DNA of 64,000 nt from Octopus sinensis (GCF_006345805.1 NC_043010.1:9300001-9364000), one strand, 5' to 3'; positions 13,741 through 27,898 are shown, counted from the first letter of the stretch. A program made the numbers and translations. The notes: generated by a model not told the origin, from the letters alone.

Positions 13741-14819
13741 GATATATTTGTTCAGGCATAGCTGTGTGGTTAAGTAGGTATAGTTTCCGGGTTCCAGCAT
13801 ACTTTATGGCACCTTGGACAAATGTCTTTTAATGTAGTCTTGGGTTGGGTAGTACTTCATGAATGCAAGACAGAAGAAACTGTAAGGAAGCTTATTGTTT
13901 TTACACATTCATTGCTTTTAACACCTACTCACACACACATACAAACATACACACACACACATACAAACACACACGTACACACATGTATGTATATATGTAT
14001 GTATATCTATATATATATATGCATATATACATAGGTGTGCATATGTCTATGTTTGTATGTACCTGTTTTAAACACCATGTTGAGTTGCAACCATGTAAAT
14101 CCAAAGGTGACATAGTCATTTAACTGAGATCATTAAAATAAATACAGGCTTGAAATAGGTACTCAATGATTTCAGTATCAACTAATACTGTTCTGTCACT
14201 TTGTGCCAAGCAAGATACTTTTTCTTTTTTTGTTTTTGCCATTCACTTTGTTATGCAGTAATCTCTGTCTCTGTGTCTCTGTCTCTCTCTTTCTCTCATT
14301 CTTGCTTTCTGTGCCATGCTTACAGGCGTTCAAAATCATCTTCTATGCTAAAGTCAGAAAACTAATGATAGGCCAAGACATACCACTGGTTTCCTGTTGC
14401 TTTCTGCTAGCTAATTTACATTTACTCTGCTAATCTCCTGCTCTCCAAAGCTTTCCATTTGGGCACAAGAGTTATTTAACACTTAGGAATAATAGGGCTG
14501 GTTTATATGATATCTGGGCATATCCATACATTAGTGAGGCTGTGTGATGTATATCCACATGTCTAGAGACAATCGCTCCTCTAAAGCATTGATTGTGTTA
14601 TCCACAGAACTATTTTCTGCAATTTAAGCCATAACTAGAGCCTTTGGCAGGTTTCACCACCACAGGCCAAAGCAGACCTGGAAACAGTGATAAATAAGAG
14701 GTAGCTTAATACTTAGCAAAACTATTGACCACATGAGCTGGACTTTCACCCATGGATGCAGATTAATTTCCTGTCCAAGAAACCAAGCAATTATATTTTT
14801 ATTCAGTTGACACTTAGGG

Positions 14820-15112
14820 TGAAGGCATATGATTTAATGGTTAGAGTATTCATCTCAATATCATAAGGTTGTGAGTTCGAGTCCTTGTGGCACATTGAGT
14901 CCTTGAGCAAGACTCTTTATCTCACATTGCTCCCAGTCCACTCAGCTGGCAAAAATTACATCTGATTGTATTTCAAATGGCTGATGTTATCATATTCTCT
15001 ATCATGCCGAATCTCCCTGTGAGCTACATCAAGGAGTGTTCAGCCACATGCATGCTAATTTCATAAGCAGGCTGTTCTGTTGGGACCCTCATCGTTGCAA
15101 CCAACAGAGTGC
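14820..15112 (+). mobile_element. Degenerate tRNA-derived SINE (family E head)
   Basis: tRNA-like head then ccttgagcaagac...ccagtccactcagctg; tail shared with the 54195 copy. Confidence 0.6.
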
Positions 15113-15433
15113 CAGTTATCTGACATTTGATATCAGTCTTGATTATGAGGAATTTCTGAATGGCAATCTTTGATTCATTGTTCATTTCATCAATTTTAGA
15201 TAGCATTTCATATGCTACAAATTGAATTATATATTTTCTTGGTAAATAATATTACTAAAATAAAGTCAATTATAAAGTGTGTTTAGATACATTTTCAGCT
15301 CAGTAGTAGCTTCAGTTAGTTAATCCTTTTACTTAGCTTAAGAAAGGTTTCTTTTTTCTCATGATGCTTTTAAATGCACTTTTTTCCTCCAATAAATGAA
15401 GACTTTGAAACATAAGACATAAATATTACTATA

Positions 15434-15852
15434 GGCGCAGGAGTGGCTGTGTGGTAAGTAGCTTGCTAACCAACCACATGGTTCCGGGTTCAGTCCCACT
15501 GCGTGGCATCTTGGGCAAGTGTCTTCTGCTATAGCCTCGGGCCGACCAAAGCCTTGTGAGTGGATTTGGTAGACGGAAACTGAAAGAAGCCCGTCGTATA
15601 TATGTATATATATCTATATGTATATGTGTGTGTGTGTGTTTATGTGTCTGTGTTTGTCCCCCTAGCATTGCTTGACAACCAATGCTGGTGTGTTTACGTC
15701 CCCGTCACTTAGCGGTTCGGCAAAAGAGACCGATAGAATAAGTACTGGGCTTACAAAGAATAAGTCCCAGGGTCGATTTGCTCGACTAAAAGGCGGTGCT
15801 CCAGCATGGCCGCAGTCAAATGACTGAAACAAGTAAAAGAAAAAAGAAAAAG
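15434..15852 (+). mobile_element. SINE family A, full length
   Basis: ggcgcaggagtggctgtgtgg head, central TA/TG microsatellite, A-rich tail; more than 10 copies in the window. Confidence 0.9.
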
Positions 15853-17382
15853 AATATGTTAGAGAGATATACAGTTAGATAGAAATATAGATGGATAGGT
15901 ACACAGATAAACAGATAGGCAGGACAGACAACAGACTGACAAATGGATGGATGGATGGCCAAATTGACAAGACAGATGGATGGATTGATGGATTGATGGA
16001 TTGATGGATTAATGGATTGATGGATGGATGGATGAATGGATAGATATATGAACAGACAACTAGATAGACAGGTTGATGGCGGTGTGAGTGAGTGTCGCTG
16101 TATGAAAAAGCTATATAAATGAAAATAATGGGAAGAACATTGTTATGGTTTTACCATTCTGATCCTGTTAATTATTATCTGATTTCAAAAAAATGTTCAC
16201 AAAAGTTTCAGTTATTTTGCAGACAATGGAACCTAGCTGGAATAGACAAGAAGCAGAAATACTGACCAAAAGATATTCTTCATATTTTCATTATTTTCTT
16301 TAGTCAATTTGTTAGTAAGTTTCTTTGAACTAATCAATGAATTTATCATAATTTTCAAAAACCTACTGAAAATGTTTAAAAAAAAAACATCATATTTTTT
16401 ATGTAGTTTTGAAATTCATAGGCATTCTTCTCTCTAGAAATACAAGAACTGATTAGAGAAAAGATAATTCTTTTTGATTGCATCTAAAGAAAACCTCAGT
16501 TAAGCAGCAGCAGCAAGCTGGTACAAAAGATTTTTTAGAAATGCAGTTTATTAAGACACAATGATATTTTTTTTTAAATTCTTGTCATTTCTTTTCTTTT
16601 TCTTTCTTTCTTTCCTTTTTTGTTTTCTTTTTTTTTTTAGAGGTGGTAGATTTATTCATTTTCTTACACTTAAAACAACATTATTCTGCTATTGAAAACC
16701 GAAGCCAATTTAAAAGTTTCTTTTGAAGTAGCACTGAATATAACTATTGTAACGCACCAAAATATTATTGGCTTTTCATTTGTTTATCAATTGTGTGCAA
16801 ATAGATTCAATAGATCAATAGAATGTTTGCTTTTTAGCTGGACCAGCAAAATAAATTTTGTAATATGAAAAGCAGCTCACTTCATTAGAAAACATGTTGA
16901 TAGCCTCAGACAACGACAGTATATTGACAAAAAGATATCAATATTCTACAAAACAATTGGCAATATGAAAAAGGACTTCTTTGTCTGCTATCTTTTTACC
17001 TCCTAATTGAAGAGTGATTTTTGTTTCTTCTATACTTAATATAACTGTCACCATACCACCCTCTTTTTCTATTGAATCTGTTAGATTTTAGCAATATATT
17101 TTCCCATGGGAAAAATTATCTAATATTGATTTAGTCCTTTTTTTTTTTTTCAATGTCAACAAGGTTTTATATTAATTCACTGGTAAGGAAACACTATTTA
17201 TCAATTGATTTTTTTTTGGTATCCCTAATACGAAAATGATGTGAAATGCCAGTTAGCAAACAAATGCTTACAATGAAATTAGGAAAGAATAAATTTTGAA
17301 GAGAGAAAAAGAATTATGTATGTATTTATGTACATATGTATGTATGTATGTATATATGTATGTAAGTATGTATGTATGTATG

Positions 17383-17416
<34 letters not shown>

Positions 17417-17719
17417 TGTATATATGCATGTATGTATGTATGTATGCATTTATGTATGTATGTATGTATGTATGTACATATATATAGATATAAACATACA
17501 TACGTGTATGTGTTTGTATGTATATATATATACATATATATATACATATATAGATATATGTATATATACATATACATACATACATACACACGTGTATGTG
17601 TGTCTGTGTGTGCATCATCTATGATTTTATTTTGTATTGGAGTAAGTTAAATATTATTGGAATGTAAAAAAAAGGTAGGGCAATGTTTAGGGGAAAAGAA
17701 TGGGTGATGTCATTTTGCT

Positions 17720-17766
17720 TGATGAAGATGATGATGATGATAATGATGATGATGATGGTGAGGATG

Positions 17767-17808
<42 letters not shown>

Positions 17809-17906
17809 CTGATGATGATGCTGATGCTGATGATGATGAGGATAATGATGATGATGATAATGATGACGACGACGACGATGATGACGGTGACAACAACAAC
17901 AACAAT
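17720..17906. repeat. (GAT)n/(GAC)n/(AAC)n trinucleotide tract
   Basis: Direct inspection. Confidence 0.95.
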
Positions 17907-19030
17907 AAAAGCAACAAGGATAAATAAATAAGCAGCTATAATACAAATTTCCGACTGAATTAAGTTAAGACACGTAGCCACAAGACTTGAAATATGTTAC
18001 GACTAATTATAGACGAATTGTTTCTTTTTTTTTTTCCTAAGAAATATTTTGATATCTATAATCTTTCAAGAATTATGGAGTGGCAAGTTTTGCTTATCGC
18101 ATCTCATATACTATTCATAGACAAATGAGTAAAATTTTGTTTGAATTAGTAAAAGATGCTGCTTTGTAAAACCATCTAGGTTTAACAAGCATTAAATTTG
18201 TAATGGTTCTTGTATTGGAAGAAATAGTGAAAAACAAGGAATTCGAGTTTATTATTATAGGAGTTAGTGTTTGACTCCAGGATTGTCGCTGTTTCTAAGA
18301 TATGATTTTTCTATTCTTGTATGGGTCAGACAAGATTTGTTACAGTATATTTTTTTATAACTGTGGAGGAGGACGAGGAGGAGGAGGAGGAGGAGGAGGA
18401 AGAGAAGGAGGAGGAGGGGAGGGGGAGGAGGAGGAACAGGAGTTGGAGGAAGAGGAGGAAGGGGAGGGAGAGACTCGACCATGTGACTCTGCAGAAATCT
18501 CAGAGGTATGTTTCCCCCCACTCCATCTCGTGGATGGATAATTTTGAGCAGAATAGAGGAGCCGTGATCTTTAGATCAGAGTGGCATGTGAAGGAAGGAT
18601 AAATGACCAGAAGGAAAAGAAAGTGATGTCATGAAAAGACTGGGAAGGAGAGGAAATGATGTCAAGTCAAATAGAGGTTGGGCTTAAAGCAGCAGCTTTC
18701 TTTTGTGTGTATTGCAAGGAATGGACGTTTGTTGGGAGCAATAGTAGGGTAGTGGTCCTTGCTGGCGAGAGGTTGGGTACAGTTTACATGTGGATACAAC
18801 TGTGAGGCCTTGCTGGTTTGGAAGGATTGACTCTGGTTGCACCTTCAGGTGAGAGGAACCTTTATTTTTGCCTTACAACTATAATAACTAAATGCTTCCC
18901 CTGTTGGCAGCCCTTATGTTGTTCCAAGTAAGGTAATATTTTCCCTAGTCCTCTGAAAAACAAACCTCGTAATAGCCAGACATGTTTCTTCTCATAGGAG
19001 TGAAAATGAATAACAGTGCCTTTGTTAGGT

Positions 19031-19240
19031 AAGGTGGTGAGCTGGCAGAATCATTAGCACTCTGGACAAAATGCTTAGAGGCATTTTGTCTGCCTCTGCG
19101 TTCTGAGTTCAAATTCTGTAGAGATTGACTTTACCTTTAATCCTTTCATGGCCATAAAATAAGTAGCGTTTGATCACTGGGGCTGATGAAATCGACTTTC
19201 CCTCTGTCTCAAGCTTGATGGCCTTTGCCAAAATTTGAAA
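19031..19240 (+). mobile_element. SINE family B, degenerate
   Basis: aaggtggtgagctggcagaa head and core similarity. Confidence 0.65.
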
Positions 19241-19380
19241 CCAACATTACTTTTGTAAGTGACATCAGTACACATTTAGTGTGTAATGCCACGAAAAAGT
19301 AACACAAACCAGCACACAAGCACATACACACAGATACAGACACACACACACGCCACATACACTCACATATAAAGAAAAAT

Positions 19381-19612
19381 AAATGTTCCTTCTCGAGCCA
19401 TGCCAGGCTCATAAGAGCCAGTTTCCCGGTTTCAGTGACATAGAAATTCCCCACCTGGACGGGACACCAGGCCATTGCAGGATTATTCATTTTTGCCAGC
19501 TGAGTGGACTGGAGCAACGTGAAATAAAGTGTTTTGCTCGCCCAGTCCAGGAATAGAAACCACAACCTTACGACCATGAGTTCAACACCCTAACCACTAA
19601 GCCACGTGCCTC
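19381..19612 (-). mobile_element. tRNA-derived SINE (family E-like)
   Basis: Minus strand gaggcacgtggcttagtggttagggtg head; ccagtccactcagctggc core. Confidence 0.65.
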
Positions 19613-20374
19613 CACATAAACACACATATATGACAGGCTTATTTCTGTTGCCTTCAACCAAATCAATGTACCAGCTTTTGGTTGGCCCAGGGCTTTAGTG
19701 AATAGCACTTGCGTGAAATGCTGTGCTGTGGAACTGAACCTGAAACCACATGGTTTCAAAGCTAACTACTTAACCACACACCCATATATGATAAAAGTAC
19801 TTCCATTTCTCCTTAGCATCTATGTAAAAAATCAACATAAAAAAAACTCTTATGTAAATGGTGCTTTCATGATGGAACATTTTTCTGCTAGTTTTATAAG
19901 TAAATGTTGTTTTAACTGTAGGGAAGGAAGTTAGCAGATGTTTGTAGATATCTTTTGATTACTATTTAAATTGTTATTTATGATGTGCTAGCATTTTGAT
20001 ATTATTTATCATGTTTATAAAGCAAAAAACTATGGAGGTAAACCTAAACAGAATTTGAATGAGAGTCAATGATATTACTAAATCTGATGCTTGTAACTGT
20101 AAGATTTTTATAATCTTGTGTAATTTTTCTAAAAGATTGTAAGAGTTTCTTATTTACAACAAGATTAGCTAAGAAAACTAACAGCTCACTATACATTTTT
20201 GAGAGCAGCTTTTTAATTCATAAGCTTCATAATCGAGCACCATAACCACATATTTATATTACCATTGAATTAGAAATATCCAAGGTGTAAGGTGTCTATA
20301 TGCAGTGCTTTAGTACAGTCCTGACCATGATGGCTACAATGAACTAAAGAATTAAAGAATATAACAAATAGGCA

Positions 20375-20760
20375 GTAAGTAGCTTGCTAACCAACCACAT
20401 GGTTCCGGGTTCAGTCCCACTGTGTGGCATCTTGGGCAAGTGTCTTCTGCTATAGCCCTGGGCCGACCAATGCCTTGTGAGTGGATTTGGTAGACGGAAA
20501 CTGAAAGAAGCCTGTCGTGTATATGTATATATATATGTGTGTGTGTGTTTGTGTACCTGTGTTTGTCCCTCTAGCATTGCTTGACAACCGATGCTGGTGT
20601 GTTTATGTCCCCGTTACTTAGCAGTTCGTCAAAAGAGACCGACAGAATAAGTACTGGGCTTACAAAGAATAAGTCCCGTGGTCGATTTGCTCGACTAAAG
20701 GCAATGCTCCAGCATGGCCGCAGTCAAATGACTGAAACAAGTAAAAAGAGTAAAAAAAAA
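20375..20760 (+). mobile_element. SINE family A
   Basis: High similarity to the 15434 copy. Confidence 0.9.
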
Positions 20761-21434
20761 AAGAGAGAGAGAGATTGATTTAGGGGTTATAAAGTCAGAC
20801 CAGTTGGTTCAGTTGGTTGAGGTTCTTTCATGACATTTAAAATTTACATGACAGTTTATTTAACTATGGATTAAGTGACAGTATGTATTTCTGAGAGAAC
20901 ATACTTGCAAAAGATTAGTATACTATTGCGGAGGAAATTAGTTTTTCATCTGTTTAATGAAATACACACGGGAGTTAATTCACAAAATCTAATAAAAGAG
21001 ACAGGATTTTAGAGGAGAATTTATTTGGGATAAATTTGCGGCCATCCTGTCTATAGAGAGTTTCCTCTCTTATTTTAGTAACACTATAAGAAACACTTAA
21101 GTAGTAACACAAGCGGATCAATGTGGTTTATTTTGTGGTGTGTGGAAGATTGGGAAAATCTCCAGGAAGATGTATTCTAATTATTCCTTGCTATAAAAAT
21201 GGTCACAAAGGGTTTCTCTCTCTCATAATGAAAAGCAGATTGTATGATACTTGTGTATGAAATGTGATGTTGCATGGTAGTAAAATATGGAGATTGGAAG
21301 TAAAGAAGATGTGAAGGCTGTGATTCATCAGTGAAGGAAGCATGCTCCACTGAATATGTTATGTTAGTTTGTATAAACTACCGAACAGAAATGAACTGAG
21401 AGAGGAAGGAAAGCATGTCTCCACTTTTGAAAAC

Positions 21435-21657
21435 TACAAAGGGGTGATGAAAAGTTCTTGGCTTTGAGGGTATTGTGAAAGTCCTGGCTGGCAACCCCAC
21501 CTTCTGAGATCTTTTTCAGAGCTTTGAAAAACTGAAGGACCACTGCAATAAGTGTGTGAATCTGTAAGGGGAATAAGTTGAATAAAATCATAATTAACTG
21601 ATCCTCCAGTATTTTTTTTTTTAGCCAAACCCAGGAAATTTTCAACACCCTCTCATA
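21435..21657. mobile_element. Tc1/mariner-type MITE
   Basis: ~30-bp imperfect TIRs (caaaggggtgatgaaaagttcttggcttt / aaacccaggaaattttcaacaccctctca) flanked by TA. Confidence 0.7.
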
Positions 21658-21667
21658 TATTAGATAT

Positions 21668-21897
21668 AGTATGCAAAAGAGGAGACTAAGTGATATATAT
21701 GTGATGAGTATGGAGGATGATGAAAGAAGTACCAAACGCTAAAAGTTAGTAGAAGATGGAGACCAAGGAGGAGAGGTACATCTGAGGAAGCTGAGCTACA
21801 TGAAAGAGATGCTAAATGACTGCAGCAAATAGTCCATCCAACCCATAAAAGCATAGAAAACAGATGTAAAATGATGACGATGATGATGAAGATGATA
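21668..21897 (+). mobile_element. Decayed RTE-type LINE 3' end with (GAT)n tail
   Basis: gcaaaagaggagac motif shared with the 42480 remnant; ends in acccata..gcat..gatgtaaaatgatgac like family C tails. Confidence 0.45.
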
Positions 21898-24028
21898 ACC
21901 ACGTATGAGTATATATGTATATATGTATGTATGTATGTGAGAAAGAGAATAGGATAAAGCCACGTATTGTTAGATTAATACATTGATAGCTAATAGGAGC
22001 ATATTTAGAAGATAATAATAAGACCTACAGCTGAATGCACAGATACATAGCGAGATAGCTATAAAAATATCACATAATTGATAAGGTGAAATAAACCAAA
22101 AGCTAATGGATAAACTGTCTTTGAGTAGGTTTTGGTTTAATTTCCATAAGCAACCGATGTATGTCAGAATATGGCTACTTGCTAATGATATAAAATTCTA
22201 CACATGGCAAACGACTCTTATTTATTGATATATTTACAAACAATACATACCTGATGTATTTACAATAGATAGTTATTCAAAGTCCTGTGGGTAATTGTTA
22301 ATAAAACAAGCCAAAGAGTCTGAGCTTTATCTGGCGGACTGCTTTGTGCCATAAAAACAAAGCTATTTATCAATGATCTAAGCAAGTAATCTATAAAGAT
22401 CACAATGTCAAAAGTTAATACGTTCCTTCATATTTAATTCAGTTGAATACATCTGACGTATTATTTCTATTCTACGTATTCATCCATCTTTTATTAACGT
22501 TTGACTTTTATATATGCGTATATATATGTGAGTGTGTATCTGTATGTGTATGTGTGTATTCATGTGTATGTGTAAGTGCATGTGGTGCATATATGTGTAT
22601 ATATAAATATGTATCACTTACACATGTGCATGTTTGTTACCATAACAGCCCCCCCCCCTTGCCCCACTACTAGCTCTATGCTTGTACTCTCAGCCATGCC
22701 GGTGCCTTCTATTCTATATTTACCTTATGAATACCTCCTGTCTATTTGTCTATCTCTGTTTACCAGTGGTGGCAACAGCAACTGTGGCATTTCCATTGTC
22801 ATTGTCATAGTAGCTGTTGTCTTCGCCACCACCGCCGCCACCACCACCAGTACTGTAAATTTTAATTCCACCTAATAATTCATCATTTGTAGTTCAGCTC
22901 GGCTGAACCTTTGTATTCTACTTTGAATGTAAAACTCATCCTATGGTTTCAGCCAAAAGTAAAGTGTTTATGTGACTGATCAGCTTGCTGAAAATAGCTG
23001 CCAAACTACCTTCATTCTTGTCTGAGCTTCCTGTCTTAAAAAAACAAATGATATGATCTGATACCTAACCACTAGATACTCAGTCAGACACTACAAGTGA
23101 ACAGCCATAGTTTCATGTCATTGGTCAATGAATTGACCCAACAGAGTGAGGCTATGGCATGATATGCTTTTCTCAATTGTTCTAGAACAAACCCTCTTGT
23201 CCCCTATAAAAACTGTTTTTTGGCCTTTTCCAACTGCAGAGTGCTGAAGGTGGCTAAAGGAGTCATGCCTCCACTTTTGTCATGTAGATGGTTCTGGACA
23301 TTCGAATAGACAACTCCAGGTTTTCAGACAGACCCATTCTGGACATGCACGCTATTTCTCTAAAGTAACTTCTACTGATGCAAGTACAGTTTTTCTCCCT
23401 ATCTCAGTTGGCAATTATTAATATTGTCCATTGTAAGTAATCAACACCAAATATCTTTATGTCCAGCAATAAATATTTCAGTGAAATATTTGCTAGTTTG
23501 CTTCAGCTATTATTCATGTAGCCAGTGAAATATATCTTCATTTCCTTGCTACCCAAATGACAAGCAACCATCGACAGAATATCACACCATGTAGTTCTAG
23601 ATACAGTGGCACATCTTTAATATGTGCCACCCAGAGCAGCCCTTGAGTTTGCTTCCACAACTCCCCACTGACCCTCCAAGCCTATATAGGCCTACGTACC
23701 TGACATAAGAGCACCTCGTCCATAAAAGCATCACCCAGGTCGGTCTACTTCCTTACTCAGCACTGCATCAACACCAGCAATGCTACCTTCAAGAAATACA
23801 GAAAGGGGGGATAGTTAGGGCCAGATTGCCCTCGAACCTATTTTTAGTCGGTTGAGGATGATCTGAAGCTAAACAACAAAAACACCAACATTGTATGACA
23901 ATTCTGTTCATATACACACTACACACACATACACACACACATACACATGCACACACACACATACATACACACATGCACACACACATGTACACACACAAAC
24001 ATACATACATACATATATATTTACACAT

Positions 24029-24085
<57 letters not shown>

Positions 24086-24198
24086 ACATATACAGAAATA
24101 AGGATTTGATTCCAGGCAGTTACCTCATATATATTGTACATAACATTGTAATAAATAAGCTTTTGAGGATGTACAATTCTCAATTTGTATTTTTAATG

Positions 24199-24230
<32 letters not shown>

Positions 24231-24235
<5 letters not shown>

Positions 24236-24440
24236 AAACAAGTCAAGATAGAAAATGCTAAAATAATTTTATAAAGAACATTTCAGTACCGGTTTCGATC
24301 ATTTTGAGACCTTTTCAACTGTAATGATTAAATAATTAAATTTAGAAAAATTAAAAGAAAAGTTTTTTAAAGGAATATTTGTATAGTGTTCAAATATAAG
24401 TGGCATTTTCCTTGTTTCTGCCTTTCTCTGTCTCTCTTGT
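24231..24440 (-). mobile_element. PLE-like fragment between (TA)n tracts carrying a hammerhead
   Basis: Unique sequence bounded by (TA)n on both sides; hammerhead at 24279-24326. Confidence 0.6.
24279..24326 (-). ncRNA. Hammerhead motif with U3-A8 variant core
   Basis: Minus strand cattacag-TTGAAAA-ggtc(tcaaaat)gatc-GAAA-ccgg-TA-ctgaaatg; stem I 7/8 bp, stem III palindrome CCGG. Confidence 0.7.
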
Positions 24441-24457
24441 TTATATATATATATATA

Positions 24458-24648
24458 GGGAGAATTCACAAAAAAGCAAAAGACGATGACAGGTGATGTA
24501 GACAACAAATAGATGTATTAGTCTAACACTTGGGAAGTGAAAAAGTCTTTAATGATTCGAGCCTCCACTCTTCCACAGAAAAGAAGACAGAAGGAAACAA
24601 GGAGAGAAAATAAAGAATGTGTGGTGGCTAGCGATCTATCATGGCGAA
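24458..24648 (-). mobile_element. Degenerate relative of PLE-like family 2 with decayed hammerhead (~24547-24581)
   Basis: Layout parallels 586-795; minus strand ttt-CTGTGGA-agagtggaggctc-GAATCATT-aaag; (TA)n flanks. Confidence 0.45.
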
Positions 24649-24750
24649 TACATATATATATGTGTGTATGTGTGTGTATGTATGTATGTATATATATATA
24701 TATATATTATATATATATATAAATATATATATATACACATATATACATAC

Positions 24751-24781
<31 letters not shown>

Positions 24782-25098
24782 ATGTTTGTATGTATGTATA
24801 TATGCATGTATACAATCATCATCATAAGGCAAAGCACACACATGGGCAACTTTGCTCAGATTCTTTCATCTGGTTTTTAGGTTTTCCTTTGTCTTCTGTC
24901 TCACTTTTCTGTCTCTACATAAGCCAATATCCAAAATATCATTATTAATTATTTCCACTTCCCTGAGCTTCAAACTAAAAAATCAAACCAGTAATTATGA
25001 TCAAGAACCTATCCAATCTTAAATTGTGTTTGTTTTTATTTTCATTAATTTTTCTCCCTCTCTTGCATCTCTCTACACCACACATATATAAATGTATG

Positions 25099-25162
<64 letters not shown>

Positions 25163-25340
25163 ATGATAGATAGATAGATAGATAGATTAATAGATGGGTG
25201 CTTGCTACATTTTCACAGATGATTGTCATTCCTTCTGCTTCCTTGTTGTCAATAGCATTTCTGACTTTGTGTCCATGACCTCTTGGACCGCTATTCAGTC
25301 CCATTGTCACTATTCCATTGTCATAGGACTCTCAGTCATA

Positions 25341-25602
25341 ATCATCAGCATCGTCGTTTAACGTCCGTTCTCCATGCTAGCATGGGTTGGACGGTTCGAC
25401 CGGGGTCTGGGAAGCCAGGGGCTGCACCAGCCTCCAGTCTGATCTGGCAGTGTTTCTACAGCTGGATGCCCTTCCTAATGCCAACCACTTCGCTAGCATA
25501 GTGGGTGCTTTTTTACATGCCACCGGCACAGGTGCCAGGGGAGTCCGGCATCGGCCATGATCGGTTGGTGCTTTTAACGTGCCACCGGCACGGAAGCCAG
25601 TC
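25341..25602 (-). mobile_element. RTE-tail repeat family C
   Basis: catcgtcgtttaacgtccg...ctggatgcccttcctaa motif; multiple copies. Confidence 0.85.
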
Positions 25603-25937
25603 AATAATAGATGGAATGATGAATGAGGTCACCATAAAGAGACATCTGTCCATCATTGAATTATAGTGATAAATACTTGCACAACATGAGTAGAACATTT
25701 GGAGTCCCTGTAATTAGTACCTAGCGACAAGTACTAGGCTAAAGCAAAATGACTTGTAATCACATGAAACTGAAAGTTGTACATCAATGTCCCTCTCCTA
25801 GAATGATGATGTGACAACATCTAGGTGTCCATCACTCCTGGTGTTTTTTGCTGTGCACTCTGACACTGGCCAAGTCTATTTCATTGCTCAGCTGGATTGT
25901 ATGTAACTACGTATATATATATTTATATATATATATG

Positions 25938-25976
<39 letters not shown>

Positions 25977-25977
25977 C

Positions 25978-26212
25978 ATCTGTAAATGTAATATGTAACA
26001 ATTATTCAGTAGCCAAGATAAAACTCCAAGTTTTTTCTGATGGCCGGATAACTGAAGAGATGGTGGCATGGATTTCTACCTCAGCATCCGAAACTCGGAG
26101 TTTTATGGTGGCTACCAAATAATTGTCACATATTACATTTACAGATAAATTCCTCTATTTACATAATATCGAGCTCTCTTTCTTTCTTTTGTTATCTTAC
26201 TGTGTTTATCAA
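25978..26212 (+). mobile_element. Fold-back PLE-like element (family 3) in (TA)n
   Basis: 25978-26033 is an inverted copy of ~26091-26146; hammerhead in the centre; relatives at 37890 and 52855. Confidence 0.75.
26047..26106 (+). ncRNA. Hammerhead motif
   Basis: ataa-CTGAAGA-gatg...catc-c-GAAA-ctcggag-TT-ttat. Confidence 0.75.
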
Positions 26213-26587
26213 TATATATATATATATATATGCAATTTCTGTTTGCAGAATATTACTCTCAAGATCATGGTATAAGAGTTGTGACCTGAAGACTGCTTGA
26301 TGTAATGAACCATGTGATATCCCTTCTCTCTCTCTTCCTTTCTTTTTTTCTTTTGTTATTCTTATGGTTTACTTGTTTGTTTAATGCAGGCAATATGTTC
26401 TTAGATGTAGTAGTCCTTCAGAGCTCTTTCAAAATATGAATCTTGCCTAGTATGGCAAATAGTGGAATTGAAACCAGAAGTGTGTGACTATGAAGCAATT
26501 TTTTTAACCATGCAACATATAGCACCTCTACGTATAATGCTAAAATCACTTCAGACTGTAAACAACTCAAATAGTTTTTATCCTTTA

Positions 26588-27010
26588 TCTTTTAATTGTT
26601 TCAGTCATCGAAATGTGGCCATGCTGGGGCACTGCCTTAAAGGGTTTAGTCAAACAAACTGACCCTAGAAATTACTTTTAAGTCTGGTACTTATTCTGTC
26701 ACTATTGTTGAACAGCTAGGTTAGAGGGATGTCATCAAACCAACATCAGTTGTTGAGTGGAGGGAGGGAGACAACACTGATATAAAAAAACAGACAGACA
26801 GACATACAGACACACACATATGAGCACACACATAGTTATACACACAATGGGCTTCCATGCAGTTTCCATTTACCAAATTCACACAAAGTATTGATCAGCT
26901 TGGAGCTTTTAGTTATAGGCACTCACCCATGGTGCCATGTAGTGTGGAACTGAAGCCCGTAACCACATGGCTGTGAAGTAAGCTTCTCAAACACACAGCT
27001 GTGCCTGTGC
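26588..27010 (-). mobile_element. SINE family A, old degenerate copy
   Basis: Recognisable tail, body and head segments in reverse orientation. Confidence 0.6.
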
Positions 27011-27252
27011 CCCCTGAGTAGGGGATATTTCCATTTACATTTGACTATCAAAACAGGTCAGAGGTACCAGTGATTCTTAGAAAAACTCAATACGGTGAAT
27101 CATCCATTCATGGATTTATTTGATCAGAACATGTTCCAGCAATTGAATATCTATTGAACAACCATGAGAATTAAATGGAGCAGTTTCTTGCATTTTTCTT
27201 TTTGTATTTTGCTTTTTCTTCCAGACATATTTTAATCAAAAACATACAGATA

Positions 27253-27415
27253 GGCGCAGGAGTGGCTGTGTGGTAAGTAGCTTGCTAACCAACCACATGG
27301 TTCCGGGTTCAGTCCTACTGCATGGCATCTTGGGCAAATGTCTTCTGCTATAGCCCCGGGCCGACCAATGCCTTGTGAGTGGATTTGGTAGACAGAAACT
27401 GAAAGAAGCCTGTCG

Positions 27416-27452
<37 letters not shown>

Positions 27453-27682
27453 GTGTGTGTGTATGTGTGTGTATGTCTGTGTTTGTCCCTCTAGCATTGC
27501 TTGACAACCGATGCTGGTGTGTTTACGTCCCTGTCACCTAGCGGTTCGGCAAAAGAGACTGATAGAATAAGTACTGGGCTTACAAAGAATAAGTCCCGGG
27601 GACGATTTGCTCGACTAAAGGCGGTGCTCCAGCATGGCCGCAGTCAAATGACAGAAACAAATAAAAGAAAAAGAAAAGAAAG
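27253..27682 (+). mobile_element. SINE family A, full length
   Basis: High similarity to the 15434 copy. Confidence 0.9.
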
Positions 27683-27898
27683 AAATTCTGCGGGGGCTTT
27701 TTTTTTACAATAATTTATATTAATTTATATATTTTATTTTTTAATTTACCCATTTCCTCGTTAATTTGTAAATGTATTCTTATTAATTTATATGATAGTT
27801 TGTTAGTATGTACGTGTTAATGTATGCATGTGTATATATGTTTTCATGAATGTAGGCTTGTATTAGGTCATGTATATGATTGCATCCATGTCACAATA

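Noticed and set aside
16222-16314. Possible exon (ttttgcag ... gtaagt)
   Set aside because: The ATG-containing frame stops before the donor and nothing else supports it.
23170-23790. Higher-complexity segment, possibly an old LINE fragment on the minus strand
   Set aside because: No diagnostic motif could be read; left unannotated.
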